Shown: positions 1 through 13,900, numbered from the whole stretch's first letter. The stretch is 63,320 bases of DNA, filler included, from Hyphochytrium catenoides (GCA_900088475.1; 4 parts of 4 records of this genome joined end to end with filler, not necessarily neighbours in it), one strand, 5' to 3'. The notes: generated by a model not told the origin, from the letters alone. A program made the numbers and translations.

Positions 1-99
1 TGTTCGAGCCAACCGCCAGACTCTCTGCACAGAAGACACACGGAACCTGTGATAAACCTGCCACTTATCTTTCTACCACCGCCTCAAAAGAACTTTTTG

Positions 100-420
100 G
101 GGTAGAAACCCATGCAGTCGAGCGTTTCTCACATAATTCTCCCACCTCTGGGAGCATTATGCCCAGCTGTCCGTTTCTGTGCCGGTTCTTACCACATAAA
201 AGGCAGCTCGTCCTTGGGTGCTAAACAATGTTCGAGATTCACATGGACTTCAGAGCTCCCCCAGGAGTATTCTTCAGTAATCCTCCAGGTGCAGGCCTGG
301 CATGGTGAGGAGAAACAGCTGGAAAAGATGTCTTTAAAATTCATCGCCCAGGAGGACGAAGATCTCTGCTTCTTTCTTCTGCTTTGTCCTCGTCACTGCT
401 GGTGAGCCTTTGATGGACTG
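100..420 (-). mobile_element. Possible decayed LTR-retrotransposon gag-like fragment
   Basis: Frameshifted minus-strand translation EAEIFVLLGDEF / KDIFSSCFSSPCQACTWRITEEYS loosely fits the copia Gag pattern (I..L.D ... W..L.E.Y). It lies downstream of an LTR-like segment at 545-686 that resembles 8456-8495. Confidence 0.25.
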
Positions 421-865
421 ATGGATAGCTCGGGGGGACCGATGTGCCGCGCTGAGATGACCAGTGAACCAGGCGACAGTTGGTCAGCCACGTCGAATTG
501 GTTGGCAGTGTACCGAGGCCACAGCGGGGACAGACAGGTGCGCCTGGTCTGTCAACTGGTGGGCTTGGTCTGTCAACTAGGAGGAAGCTGTCAGACGCCG
601 TGTGGGCTTGACACTTGGCACGGCTCTGGTCCCATCCTGGGTCAGATCAGAGAGATAAGGATCAGACGCTGATAAGTAATGACATCGTAGCGCTATTTTT
701 TTTTTATAAAAAGGAATTATAGCTGCACTGCTTAGCGCAGTGACGCCGTAATAATGACCCCGTACTCAAGACGCTGTCTGCGTCCATGGCTGTTCTTTTT
801 GCCTTTCATCTTATTTCTGCAAGACATAGGGATGGAGGATCGCGGGAAAGTTCCCGTTGTCATCT

Positions 866-3800
866 TTATACCACTTGGAAAGAGCTAGATGTTCCAGAGT
901 GAGAGCTAATGCTCCCGAACAGCTTCTTGTTGTGGCCAAAATATTGGATCCTATACGTTCCTCTTTCTGCATCTGCCGGAATGCTCCATGAGATGGCCAC
1001 GGAGGAGACAGGAGAGAGTGCCCACTCCTCCCGCTTCCACTGGAGCCTAGTATCCCAGTCGTCATCTGTTCTCACCGTCTCCCAAGAAGAAGAGAGAGAC
1101 GGGTCCTCCCCTGTCTTCAGCTTCTGCACCTTAAGGTAGGTGCCCATGAGCATTAGGTCATTCCGGGGATGCCCAGCAACGAAGGTAGCCATGGCAGTTT
1201 GTCCTGTAGAAAAGCGAAAGAGAAAAGAAAAGAGAGAGTGAAAGAGAGAGAGTCAGACGTTGCGCGAGGACCAGGAAGAGGATCGCCCTAGCTTCTACCG
1301 CCCACAAAGAAAGAAGCGGACGGAGTACGGAAGCAAGGCATTTCTGTCACTGTTCCAGTTCTGTCGATCCGTTCTCATTTTCACACCTTTTTGATAGGAA
1401 GGAAGAACATCGGTCCAAACATCTCCAAACTTCTTTCCGCGGGGTGGTCCATCCATTACCACTCCGGGTGTAAGGGAGATAGCTCCAGGGTAAAGATCAG
1501 GAGGAGGAGTGCCAGGAGGCACTGACTTTCCCTTCAACATCGCTTCGGAAAGAGAAAGAAAGAGAGAAGTATAGGCCATGAGAGTATTTGGGCCATAGAG
1601 CGTGAAAGCTCCTTCGTATCTCTGGATCTGATACTCTTCACGCGTCACGACGTAGGATGAGTAGTCATTAGCGGGCCCGGAAAGAATCACGAGCGGCTTC
1701 ACTCCTTCGGGAAGAGAGAGAGACTCTTCAACTTTCTTCTGCACTGCCTCCCTAATTCTTCGTCCTGCCATAGTGCTGAATTCTGCAGGGACAACGACGA
1801 TAAAGAGTTGACCGATCCGGACGAGCTGGATGTCTACTGTGCGAGGTCCCCACCCTGGATAAAGCAGAGAGGTAAGCCACCGGGTAAAGGAGACGCTCTT
1901 ACATGGCAGAAGCAATGAGAGGCAAATGAGGTAATAAGAAGAGATCTCGTAGAGAACGGAAGAACAGCTCCATTAACAAACGTCGCAAAGCTTAAGAAAG
2001 GGAGACGGTAGGATAAGTAAAAGAGACGGAAAGAGAAAGACACACAGGTAGAGAGTGGGCTAGTCACTTACAGTAAGGGAACTGGTTATCGAGATCAAGA
2101 AGTATAGGTTTGGGCTTGTGGCACTCCTTATTCTCCTTGGTAGGGTTCCTGATGAGCGTGCGCACAATGTTCCAGAACGGATTCCCTGTCGAGTTGTCTC
2201 CTTGGAAAAAGTTCAAGGCTCCAGGCCTACCAATGGACCAAAGGAGGTGAAGAGTCAAAAAAGGATGCCATAAACGAGACTGTCCGTATATTAACCCTAA
2301 CGGCAAGGCAACGCGATCTGCGCTGCTATAGCTGTAAGAGAAGCGATACCGGCTGAAATGAACAGTTGAAAACGCAACGGAGTGTGCTGATCTTACCCAT
2401 CAGTGGTCCCAGCGGCAAAGCTGTGGCCCATGGCTGGTGTGCATGTGGTTTCTTCCATGCCATTGACTGTTACTTTCTGATTTGTCATGTCCACCCACAT
2501 TTGACGAACATCTATCGGCCCTTCCAGCTCCACACTGTTGGTCTCCCCGTCTCGCCTCTCTCCTGCCCCATTCATAAGCTCGAGAGCTTTCTCTGCCTGT
2601 CTGAGCCCTATGATCCTGTTAGAATCGTACGTATCCACTCCTGGGCCTGAGGCGTAGCAGAACTGGACTCGGCCATTGCAGGTGCTACAGACGAGATAAA
2701 GGAGGGAAAAGGGTAGTAAGCATACATTTAGTGCCGAGGGAGACGTAATCTTTTGTGCAGTGGAAGTAGAAGTAAAGCGATCAACTGCGATGCATGTGAA
2801 GTACGTGATCTCAACGCGCGATGGAGCGGTTCCTGTCTGCAGGAAGAGAGAAGCAATTACCTTGTGACAGCATCACAGGGTAGACCTGTGTCCTGGCATT
2901 TAGGCCCTAGAATGTTAGGAGAGACATCTCCCATGTTACTCTGGGCAAATAATGCCACAAAGTCCTTCGCCTACTCATGAAAGCAGAGGAAACGGTAAAT
3001 AGGACAGAAAAACAATGACGAAAAGAGGAACATTGTCAGAGATGCAGTCTAGAATGATCAAGGCGATGCTGAAAAAATGGTCAGTATGTTGATGGTGGAC
3101 ATGAACCTGAAAGCTAGAGACGCCCAGAAGAGCGAAGGGAGAGGGAAGTGGTGGGCAGGTACCGTGGTGTCTGGACTCTCTTTCAGCTTCTTTTCCGTGT
3201 AGTAGGCCGCATAACCTTTGTTGTCGCCATTGACTAGCGTGTTGGTGTTATTCACACTAGTGCAGTGAACTGCGTACCAGTTTACCACTGCTCTGGGCTT
3301 TCCTGTCTCCACGTCCGTTACCTTGAGGAGAGACATGTCCTGAAAGAGCAGAGCGGCGTAAGAAAAGGGTTGATATATCTTGTAGATCGAGACAAGAGCA
3401 ATGGTTTGAAGCAGAAAATAAGCAGGAAAGGGTTTGTCTCAAGGACCTGACCGCGTGAATGTCAAGGGCGAAAACTGTCAGTGGAAAGATGCAAAGTCAG
3501 GAAAGAAGAGAACTGCTGTCCCACATAAGGATCGTCCACTCTGCTTTCGCAGTCATGCCCCACAAATTCTCACTATCCCTTGCCCTATTCGCACTTTGTC
3601 TGACCTTATCCGTGTCGTACTTGTATTTAGCTCTCTCTTCTGCCGGGTTGTTCATGTAGGCGTTAGGGGACCGGTTGATGTTGGCGTCCAAGAGCTCTCC
3701 CGCAGAGTGAACAATAGAGGAGGGGCGAAGGGAGGCGTCTGCCTGGACGATTGAATCGGTAATACCCTGCACTAGGGCATCGATAGTCTGGGATATAATG

Positions 3801-4429
3801 CCTGGAAGTGGATGATTGAGGAGGCATAGGACCAGTTAGAAAGGGCTCATAAGACACGGCAACAGATAATGAGAACTGGAGTATCGAAGAGATTAGATTG
3901 CTAATAAGAAGCAGGAGTCAAGAGAGACGGCAGAAGGACAGCTACTTTCAGGCTGTACACCAGGCTCCACAGAGGAGGATGGCTTACCAAGAGAGGTGAA
4001 CTGGTAGACAATATACTGCAGGAAGCCCGCTACGCCAGAGTGAGTGTGCGTGGTACTGATGACCACATTCTCATGACTGTACCGCTCAGAGCCAAACTTT
4101 GCCTGGAGTCTTTCAACCACTCGTTTCTTGACACTCCCAGCCATCATAGCCGCATCCACATTGACAAAGGCGACCCTTCTCCCGTCCGCGGTTCCATTGT
4201 TGACTCTTTCAGCCACCACAACGGCTCTAGCCCACTGTCTCTGCAGTATTCCGGAGCCAATCTGATCAATCTTCGCATATCCCATCAGGTTGACACCAGC
4301 TATAGGGCCAGTGACATCTGACTTGCCCACTCCAACATCATAGACTGTGCCTTTTCCAAGCGCAGAAGAGGAAGATAGGGCACAGCATGCTAAAAAGATC
4401 GTCACCGCGGCCTTCGTGAAGATCCCCAT
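866..4429 (-). CDS. Neutral/alkaline non-lysosomal ceramidase, multi-exon, with signal peptide
   Basis: Exons translate to family motifs: GVGKSDVTGP...MGYA, ISTTHTHSG, ANINRSPNAY, VNWYAVHCTS, AMGHSFAAGTTDG, PAEFSTMAGRR, QRYEG, GHPRNDL, GTYRIQYFG. The ATG at 4429 starts the hydrophobic MGIFTKAAVTIFLACCALSS. Introns are GT-AG, e.g. donor at 3987. Confidence 0.95.
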
Positions 4430-4921
4430 CTTCCCTTGTGTACGTGAGGACTGGGTTGGCTTTACAATGAATAGCAAGGAAGCCCAGAAAGATCCCAGAC
4501 AAAGGTCTTTCCCTACTTGTCACGCTCCCTAGAGGCGGTACCGCCTGAGAAGAGTTATGGACCAAGCGCTCCTTTTGATAAATGCACCCCGGACCGATGC
4601 CAGAGAAGTGATAGGTTGATGCTGTGACACATCTCCTCCACCTACTCGTACCTTCTCTCTCTCTGCCCTCAGTTGAAGCAGCTGTGACAGCGGTAGCTGG
4701 TAGCATCATCTGCTTCTGACAGCTCTCTCTCGCTCGCTCTCGCTGGTCCCAGGAGAGAGAGAGAGTGCCAAGCATGCAACATTGGTACGAGACGTTGGTC
4801 ATCAGTCATCAGCAGCAAGAAAGAATAGTTCTATGCCAGGCCAAAGGGAGCAGAAAAAGAAAGAACGAAAGGCATCAAGTTGCGACAGGCGAGAGGAGGA
4901 AGAAGTATGCACACAGGAAAT

Positions 4922-4997
4922 AGAGAGACAGAGAGAGACAGAGAGAGAGAAAGAGAGAGAAAGAGAGAGTGAGAGAGAGAGAGAGAGAGGAAGAGGG

Positions 4998-5028
<31 letters not shown>

Positions 5029-5050
5029 GAGAAAGAGAGAGGGGAGAGAG
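4922..5050. repeat. (GA)n/(CT)n microsatellite upstream of ceramidase
   Basis: Directly visible imperfect GA tract. Confidence 0.95.
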
Positions 5051-6189
5051 TTGGACAAGAGAAAGATCCCCTAAGCTGTTCATGATTCATGATGCTTTGG
5101 CGTTTGTACACCAAGACGCAGCTGATACATCACCAGCGGTTAACGCCTAGTAAAAAGTAATAAGGCTGAAGTGCGAAGCATTCGGTTCTTATTAACCCCC
5201 AGAAATCCTAGCCTTTGGACCGCAAGGGCAGTGGTAATAATAATGTAGATTGAATAGAACAATATTTTGGTTGAGCTTTCTCCAGTTCGTGGTTCTTTGG
5301 TTGTTTGGTCAACGAAGATATTGGTCCCTGTCCACCCCACATCTCTGTCCTTTATTATCATTACGGCCAAACGCAGTGTGACTGACGCCTTTCCCTCATT
5401 GTTTCTTGAATGATTGTTCTATTTCCAGGTCTTTCTACGGGGACATTTTGTTATACCAGGTCCTGCTTGTCTAGAGTCTAGTAGAGTAGTTCTATTTGTA
5501 TCTAGGTCGTAGAAGAAAGTAACTGGGACCCAAAAGGACTTGGCATGAGGTTACCAACAGGGAAACATGGGGAAAGATAGAAAAAAAATAGAAACTGGTC
5601 AAAAGTGGGGTTCTTTTTAGAACGACGCCCAGATTCTGGTTGTTCTAAAACTACAATTTATTCTGCAGACTTCTTCACTGAAATAGAACCTCCAGGTCAA
5701 CAGATTGGTGCACACGTTCTTTCCTCGTTTACATGATGATAGATAGAGAGACGGGCAAAGGAATCCTCCATGTAGAACTGCAACTTGAAGACACGCGATG
5801 ACTGCATTTCCCGATGGCGGATCTTTGAGAAGAGATCTGTCGGGAGCTTGTCTAGGAATAATAAGGCAGCGCAAGGAAGAGGAAATCAGAGATCTTATTT
5901 TTTCATCATTGCCTTGGCGTCGCCTCCACTCCAGCCATGGAAGGGAGGACAATGGTTGGAGTACATGGGCTGTACATCGATCGACGACAGAGAAGTTTGG
6001 AGGAGGAGGTCCGAAGAATAGAGTTAGGAGACTAAACAAGGAAGAAGTGTACACATGCGATTTCAATGGCACACTGCCTGACGATGATCACAGTTGTTCT
6101 GTCGAGAGATGATACGTCGAGGCTTGAAGGGTTCGGCCCCAACCTCGCTTGAAGGCACTTTCTGCAAGAGCTGGTTAAGGTATGGAGTA

Positions 6190-8290
6190 CAGTCCTGCAG
6201 CATTCATCAGTCATCACTCAGGGTTGTCGGTCAAGAGATGATGGATGGTGGACTTCCTTTTGATAATAGTAGTACTGTAGCGCCATCAAGGACAAGAGCT
6301 TCGGTTTCGTGGGAAGCTAGAGCGGCGTAGACCATGCAACAGGTCGAGAGTTAACTTCGGCTTAACGAGATGCTTCCGGGGGACCTTCCAACATGCTCAA
6401 AAGGTGCTGGACCACTACGCGTTAACGCAGAGTTTTCCAGGGCTCCCCTTCAATGAAATCAAGGACGCGCTGCGGCCCCTTATTACTCGTTTGCCATTTA
6501 TCGCGCTGTCTGTGCACAATAGAAGAAGAGAGAGATTGTCCAATAGCAGTAACAGCTCTGTAATAGAGTTGGACAAAGTGAAGAAATTACAGCCAGAAAC
6601 GAGAAAGAATAGGCTGCGCGGTGGTCTCAATTTTCGGCAATCTTGCTCGCCTCAAAGGCACCATTATCAGCATCGCTGCTCAGTGCTGCCGACAATGAGA
6701 AGTCATGGGCCATCTTCTGGCTTTGCCACGGAACCTGCAACCTTCCCTTCTTTTCCCACTGAAGCTTCAGCACCTAAATGTCCTGCTTCAGCTGTTATCA
6801 CTCCCTCGCTCTTGGTGGTCCGCTAAGCTGCCAAATGTTAGTTGACCTGCTTCAGCTGTAGTTGTTCCGCTGCTGGCTATAGTGGGGAACAAGGAGGCGT
6901 AAGCTTGATGCTGCTTGGCCTCCTTCAGCAGAAATGCACCAGAAGCGGGACCTCTCGTCAATAACGACATCACGCCCACAGAGACGCTCTTGGATACGGA
7001 TTATATATACTGCCCCATGGCCATGGGCGCCCGCGTCGCACCCTACGACGAGATACCAAGAGGTCGGCTCATGAAGCTTCTTTAGCCTCGTCACGGGCTT
7101 CAACGCATTCGCAAATGAACCGAATAGGACCAAGACCAGGTGGCTTATCGTACCATTTTTTGTATGGATAGAGTCATCAAGAGAGGCAGTGGGACAGCGA
7201 TTGATCAAGTGAATGACGGATGCCAATGCATCTGCCCAAGGAAGCTAGGCAGCTCCTAGCAATTATAAAAGACCTCGTCGCTTGCATGACATTCCTCGTC
7301 CAACTCTCACATATTCGTTGCTAAGAGCTGGTTAAGAAGGTGTGGTTAAGGGCAGCAGCCCCAAGCGAGAGCACACCGTGCAAACAGCACTGCTAATGAC
7401 TTTCCCGCGATCGGAGCGAATCTCCTTGGCGCCTTGAGCCGTCTGGTTCATATAAAGGAAACTAGCTCCTCCAACTTGCTTCTCGTTTGCTCTTGGAAAG
7501 ATGTAGAAAAAACCTTGGAGTGTGATCGTCCACGACTAGCAGGGAATGTACATAGCCCTCCTACCACGAGTAATGACAATGTCAATTTCAGCATGCAGAA
7601 GTTTAAGCAGCATTCATCTTGGCTTTGGNNNNNNNNNNNNNNNGCTTCAGACTTACGCATTGGCTTAGCAAGAATGCAGGTCTTACAAAGGCACGGCTGC
7701 GCAGTGCTCAGAAGCTCAATCAAGGGTTATACCCGAAGCCTGTAGAGCTACGCGTCCGATATCGGTATGACTGAGATGATCAAGCCCTTTATACCAGAGT
7801 CTGATAGGGTTCTGCGTGCTCGTATCTGGGACGATACTTGGAAGAGCGGAGTCATCGGTCTCAGTGCATCCGTAGTGTGCGAGGAGCAATAGACCGTGCC
7901 ACTCGGTCAACCACTACGTTTATATTGCTATTGTAAAGCTAGCTATACAATCCTTCACCTATAGAGAGGCAAGGACGTAAGCGCCATTTAGTTGAAAGGT
8001 ACTGCTTCATCCGCGGAGTCTTGAATGTGTTGGCCAACCAACGGAGAAGAGATGCTTGGGAAAGCCTGGTGCCTAGAACGCACTATCCCATTAGCGACAA
8101 GGTCGCTTCCTTGTCCCATGGCAACAACTGGCTGGTTATCCGCAGCGAAGAGAGGAAGAGGGTCAACAGTCAACAGTCAAGAGGTAGGAGCAAAAGAGAG
8201 ATCAATCTCCATCTGTGCCTGGAGCATCCACTGCCTTCAAAAAGCCAATCTTCCGAAGGAGAGAAAGCAGAAGGAGATCTATCAAGGTAC
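6190..8290 (-). mobile_element. Degenerate, internally deleted Ty1/copia LTR retrotransposon pol remnant
   Basis: Minus-strand motifs occur in copia order. Protease: EDWLFEGSGCSRH (cf. W++DSGCS+H, ~8215-8255) and AADNQPVVAMGQG. GAG-pre-integrase: LWYKGLDHLS and CKTCILAKPMRK. Integrase end/SH3: ASVIHLINRCPTASL...FGSFANA..RLKKL. RT end: KRVIR..LKGS. RNase H: AALASHETEAL...PTTLSDD (~6200-6335). Many stops and frameshifts. Confidence 0.75.
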
Positions 8291-8857
8291 TGAACCGCTT
8301 CGCCCTGGGTCGTTGTTGTTGTTAAGGAGGTGTCTGTTAGACGTAGTAGTAAGTAGTACCGCTTGATTACTGACCGTAAACGTGAAAGACGGTTTAAGAT
8401 TGATAACTTTATTTTGTTCAGTCAGAGGTGTGAGCTGTGGGAAACTGGGGAAAATAGATCAGACAGAGATCAGAGAGTCAGACCGCTGACAGACAGAATT
8501 CTGAAGCTCCATTCTCATGCATCTTCCTCTGATGATTCATAGCGTTGTTCTTCTGTGCTCAATCAAACTGTGAACCCGATGAAGCCCAGGACGTAAACTC
8601 GACCTTGGCTTCCGAATGCTTAGGGAATGAGACTGACGCCGAGAGCTAAGGGGAGCAAGTGACGATTATGAAGCCAGGCAACCATTACTAGAGGTTTCTC
8701 TGGTGCTTTAGAACTGCTACGTTGAAGCCTCTGGCTCTTTAGGCACTCTCCGACCAAGGTATTTGCGACAATCCCAGAATATTACACTTGGCCAGAGTTG
8801 GTCTCTCACGCTTGCGGTCGTTGGTCCTAGGAAGGTTGCCTTGGAAAGCCTCCTCAG

Positions 8858-10372
8858 ATGGAGTCAAACCAAGGCGAAATGAAGACATGCAAGCTTCTGG
8901 GTGGAGCTTTTGAGAACCTTATTCAGGTTCTGCTGGGATTCATTGCCCTGTCAGTCTTGATTGTAAAGAGGCAACGTGAGCGACCACAGCGATCAGTTCA
9001 AGTCTGGCTTTTTGATGCCTCAAAACAAGGTTTTGGGGCTCTTTTTGCCCACCTGGTAAACATGGTGATAGCTGTTATTCTCTCCCAAAAGAGCAAAGAG
9101 CAAGGTGCCAGCGGCGACGAGGTTAGTCAGTCTTGTCCATCTTTAGCGCCATCGTCTTGTTGGCGCACTAACTCTCACCCTATTTTTTCTTTGTCGTCCC
9201 ACCCTCTAGTGTGCCTTCTACTTTGTAAACTTCTTTGTGGACACATCCGTGGGGGTGCTATTGAACTGGATCTTGTTCAAGATAATCACGTACAGCGCGG
9301 TAAGTCATCTTCGAGAGATATTCCCTGTTGACGGGAGACATACGTAACCACACTCCTCTCTGTGTCTCTTCTCGGTTACTTACTGCCGCCTTTTTCTTTG
9401 TGCTTTCGGCTGCACTACTTTGATGTTTTAACGAATCTGTGTCCTATCAGCGGACTTTAAAATGGACCTCATTGATGCATCCGGGAGACTACGGGCTACC
9501 GCCCTCAATAAGGTCGAGTAATTGCTTCGGCGCATCGGTTCCCATGCTTCTAACTAAGAGTCCACCACAAGCATTCCCCATTCCCAAATCTTCGTCGTCG
9601 GGCCTTCCCTGCTGTGTTCAGTGTATAGTCCTAGTTCAGCTACATGGAGGTCGCTATCTCTCTGTGTCATCCGCCTACCGCGCCTCTTTTGCCTAAGGGG
9701 TCGATTTCAGCTCAGTCTTTCAGCTATTCCTGCAGCTCCTGCTGTTCTCACTGGGCTTTGACCCGATGTTTTAGGATCTGGGCCGTACAGTTAGCCTCCT
9801 GGATTGGGGTCGTGTTTACCACCAAGGTCATACTAGCGTTTCTGATGACGCTGTGCATCAAGCAGCTAGGTGTGGCTGCAGACTGGCTGTTTAAGCCTTT
9901 ACAGAGCTATCCGCACGTTGAATTGGTGATTGTGATGATCGCCTGTCCGTGCTTAATGAATGCAGCACAGTTCTGGGTGAGTATGCATAGTCATATTCAT
10001 GACCTATGGCATCAGGCAATAATGAGCGTCAAAGGTTCAAAATCACAACCGAATAAGGGAAGGAATGAAATGGAAGCGAGAATTTAAGTTGCTATTGTTG
10101 CTAACCTGCTCTTCGACCCGCTCAGATTCAGGACACGTTCTTGAAGAAGGACGATATAGATGATCGGCCGCGACCGACTGATGGGGACAGCCAAGAGACA
10201 TTGAAGCTCAAGAAGCACGAAGTGGTATAGAGATAAGACAACATTTCCGTGCCTTTCTCTTCTGTCCTACTTTCCTCGCTTAGCCCATATTGCGCTGCGC
10301 TCTGGTAACTTCTCTGTCCCCCGCTGCTCGGATGTTGTTGCTTAGAAAAGACGAGAGGAAGCAGCAGTCTGA
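8858..10372 (+). CDS. STIMATE/TMEM110-family multi-pass membrane protein
   Basis: CKLLGG.F..LIQ.LLG, KR.RERPQR..VWLFDASKQGFG, GDEC..YFVNF..D, PGDYG.PP, IW..QL..W, ELVIVMIACPCLMNAAQFW-IQDTFLK; GT-AG introns. Confidence 0.88.
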
Positions 10373-10378
10373 ATATTT

Positions 10379-10423
10379 AGGTTTGTCAGCAAAGGAGGAA
10401 GGTTTGTCAGCAAAGGAGGAAGG
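10379..10423. repeat. 21-bp tandem duplication AGGTTTGTCAGCAAAGGAGGA x2
   Basis: Directly visible just downstream of the STIMATE stop codon. Confidence 0.9.
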
Positions 10424-10964
10424 ACAAGCCGCTTATGAAGGAATGGAGCACTACTATTCTATTTAATGTGAGACCACATCTTCAACCACTCTAGTAAGAC
10501 GGTTGCTCGTCCCTTTCAGGGCAAGGTGCTGCACCACTATTGCCGACACCCTCCCCCGTCCATCCATCGCCACAATGATGATAATGAGCAGTCATTCCTC
10601 TTCCTCATGCTGCTGCCGGCATCCTCTCTCCGAAGCTCACCGCCTGTATAGATTCATCATCCCCTGAGCATTGTCATCATCATATCAGTTCAATGGTAAG
10701 GTACACTCCTGGGGGAGACGTGGATCCTCAATAAGCTCAATCTCTGAATCCAAAACAATCAGAAAAGCTGCAGATGCAGATTCGGCTCAGCTGATGAGGA
10801 GCTCTGACAGCTGTCAACGCCGCTCTGTGAGGGCAAGCAAGTGTCCTGGCCATCTCCTGAGGACTCAAACCTCCACTGTTTTTGTCTCATAATTGATACG
10901 AAGACGCTCCCTCCGCTTAGATTGACTTGTAGATATTGGTTGAAGGCTAAGAGAGGTAACAGGA

Positions 10965-13900
10965 ATGGTGACGAGAACGCGGTATCCTATACTGTCCTTA
11001 GCTTGGGCGAGCCCAGCGGATGTTGATTTGCCGGAAGCTTCTGAACGTTCTGGAGCCGGAGCCGTGGTTATTTGTGGCGGGGGCGGCTCGGCCAAGACGG
11101 GAGTCACAAATAACCTGGTATGCTCCGGCGCCCGGATTCTTCTGTGTCGCCGTCTCCGTGTGCTTCTTGATTGTCCCAAGTAAACTTTCGCATTCTTCTT
11201 TTCTGTCACACTACTAGGTCTTACTCTCAGCGTATTCCCTCATGCCCCCGCTCCACTGTCTTCCCCCGGTCCTTTCTTCTTACCTTTGTCCTCGACAGGA
11301 CATATACGGTGTTGAACTCGCCAAAAAGGGTGGTAGCAGCAGCCTCGTACTGACGAACAGCATTAGAACAGACTCGCATCTGCTAGCCCACCTAGATGTT
11401 GCTCCAGACGTACGTTCGTTAGTCTTACTCTTTCTTATTACGTTATTATTCCTTTGCTTTTGCTGGCAACGGGGCACTCTCGCCTGCTTGATGAGCAGCA
11501 AACCTATCTCGCTCTCTTCTCTAGCGATGTGGGCCATTTTAGGGGCTGACATTATCGAAAGAGAAACAGAAGATGATGAGGGAGGAATAGCGAGGGTGGT
11601 GGGTCAAAGAGATTTTTGAAGGATAAACAGAGCATAAAGGCGCCGAGAGGCGTGGGCTCGAGAAGGAAAGGGAGGTAAAGTGGTGGCCATTGCAGAGGTC
11701 GCCCAATCCCTAGGTCCGCATTCTTATCACCGCGTACTCTCCAGGGCTCTCGAATCGTGGCGGGCTCTGATAGCTGTTCCTGGCTCTTTAGTTTGTCCAA
11801 GGACAGAAAGAAGGCGGAGCTGCTGGTCCGCTTGCGGACTGACTTCAGTGAGAACGCCAGCGAACAGGTTCGCTCCACGTCGTCTCTTTCTCCCCAGATC
11901 TTGCCTTGATATAAATGAATCGGAGCTTTAGATTGTCTCTCAGCCGTTCTCATAATTAGCCTAGCTTGTCTCTGTGTAGCTGCCGATATTATTTCTCTGA
12001 CTGCCTCTTTCTCTAGTCTGTAGCCAGATTTGCAGGTCGCAACGACGTCTTTCTGACTGGAGGAGAGGATGGAGTTGTCAGAGTGTGGACCATCAAGTCC
12101 TATAACTCCATTCCTTCCCATATTGTGGCTTGTCCTTCTCTTTCGTTCGAAGCTGCGGAAATGAAGCAGCACTCTCCCCGTCCTCCATCTATCGGCTCTT
12201 CAGTTATCGGAAAGGATGTCGTAGTGACCCTGACAGGGACCTTTAACCTTCATCAAAGTCGGATAAGGGACATTACAGTTGATCTTTTCTCAAAGAACCT
12301 AGTAAGCACTATTTCTGTTACGTTTTCCCGGTCGCTCTCTCCATGTCCACAGGCTGTTCTTCGTGCTGGATATGCCAAATGCCAAACCTTCTCTCTGCTT
12401 CCAAGATCTCCTTTGTCATGAACCTTTACCCCGACTAACCATTGTCACGCTTGTTGTCGCTCTTCTTTGCCTACTGACAGGTCGTAAGCTCTTCCCAAGG
12501 ACGGAACTGTTATCTTTGGAGACTCTCAGATGGTCAAAAGCTCTGTAAGCTCTCCGCGGAACCGAAGCTGGATGTCAAGCTAGTCTCCAAAAAGCGCACC
12601 CAAACGCTTTACCAGCTCCGGTGTTTGAGGTCTGCTTCGACAACTTTCTACCCACCCATTTCGGCCTTCAATCCTTCTCCCCTTCCCACCATGCTCTAAG
12701 TAATTTGTTGGCAAGATTTGACCCGTTTCCCCTGACATCAAGCCCCAAATTTTGCAGTTCTAAGCCCTCCTGATACTCTAACAATCGTGCTCAACAACAG
12801 GTTCTCAGCAGATGGGAAGCGCTTGTACACAGTATATAGTCCCGCCAGAGGTCCTTCCTATCTAGCCCTGTGGAAGCCTTCTAGTACCGCTCAGTTAGAC
12901 ACGCAAAGGGACTGGGCCTGGGATCCCATCATTACAGTCCAAGCCTCTTCTGATCCGGCAGGCAGTCTAGCTGTCAGGTGAGGGGCCAACTTAGAGGAAT
13001 CAGCGAAGAGAGATGTCAACTATCACAGGCGGGTGGTATGGCGATTAACTGTCCCAGACTCCAAGTAGAGCCAAATACAAGGCGAGATGTGGAAAGAGAG
13101 GACAGCCAGAGACAGGAATAGAAGCGGCAATAACTTTCGACTGGTCCTTCTCTATATGATTCTGATTATCCATCAGCAGCGTCTCACCGCTAACTCCTCT
13201 GCATTAATTCGCTACTTTCGCCAATTGTGTTTGATCTTCAGCTACTGCGGCCGCTTAGTTGGCGTGGGCTCGGCGGAGGGGGGAGTCCGTATCTTTGACG
13301 GATTCTCTCTGGAACCGAGGCGGACAGGTGCCAGACCCCACGACTTTGCTGTGACAGGACTAAGCTTCGTACCGCTAGCCAATGAAGGTTGTCGCCACCG
13401 TCTACCTGCCCTTCACCTTCCTTAGAACTCTTCTTCTCTTAGGCTACGGTTGCGTTCTTGCCCTTGAAGAGGATTCCTTTGAACGAGGCTGACAAATCTG
13501 CTGTGTTTTACCCTCCTCAAGCTATGAACGCCAAGACAGCTAGGCCAGGATGGCTTCTAGTGTCTGCAGGAAGTGCAGATTGCACGGTGGTCGTCCAATC
13601 TATTCGAGACCAACAAAGTAAGGTTGCTCCCTTTCACTCTGTCGTACCGCCCTTCCCTTTAGCCTGTGTGGCCTTTAGCTAGACTTCTGGATGCGACAAG
13701 AGTTACCTGTCGACTAAGCTACTTCGTAGGAAACGCTGGTGACGTGTTCTTCATCCGCTTCCTGTCGTATGTCTCGTCGTGGTTCCTCTGTGCTGTTCTG
13801 GCAGGACTTGGTGGCCTTATGTCCGCTCTGCCGTCAGCGATCTTTGCTCATGCGAACTGGGGTTGCTTCAGATCCCACCCACTGTCAGGAGTCAAGGTAC

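Noticed and set aside
4782-5150. ORFs rich in ER/RE or SL/LS dipeptides (also at 17308-17620, 43266-43499, 60059-60253, 61275-61826, 62733-63302)
   Set aside because: They are translations of GA/CT microsatellites, not proteins.
8528-8640. Possible box C/D snoRNA (TGATGA ... CTGA)
   Set aside because: No terminal stem or recognisable rRNA antisense element was seen; such short boxes occur by chance.
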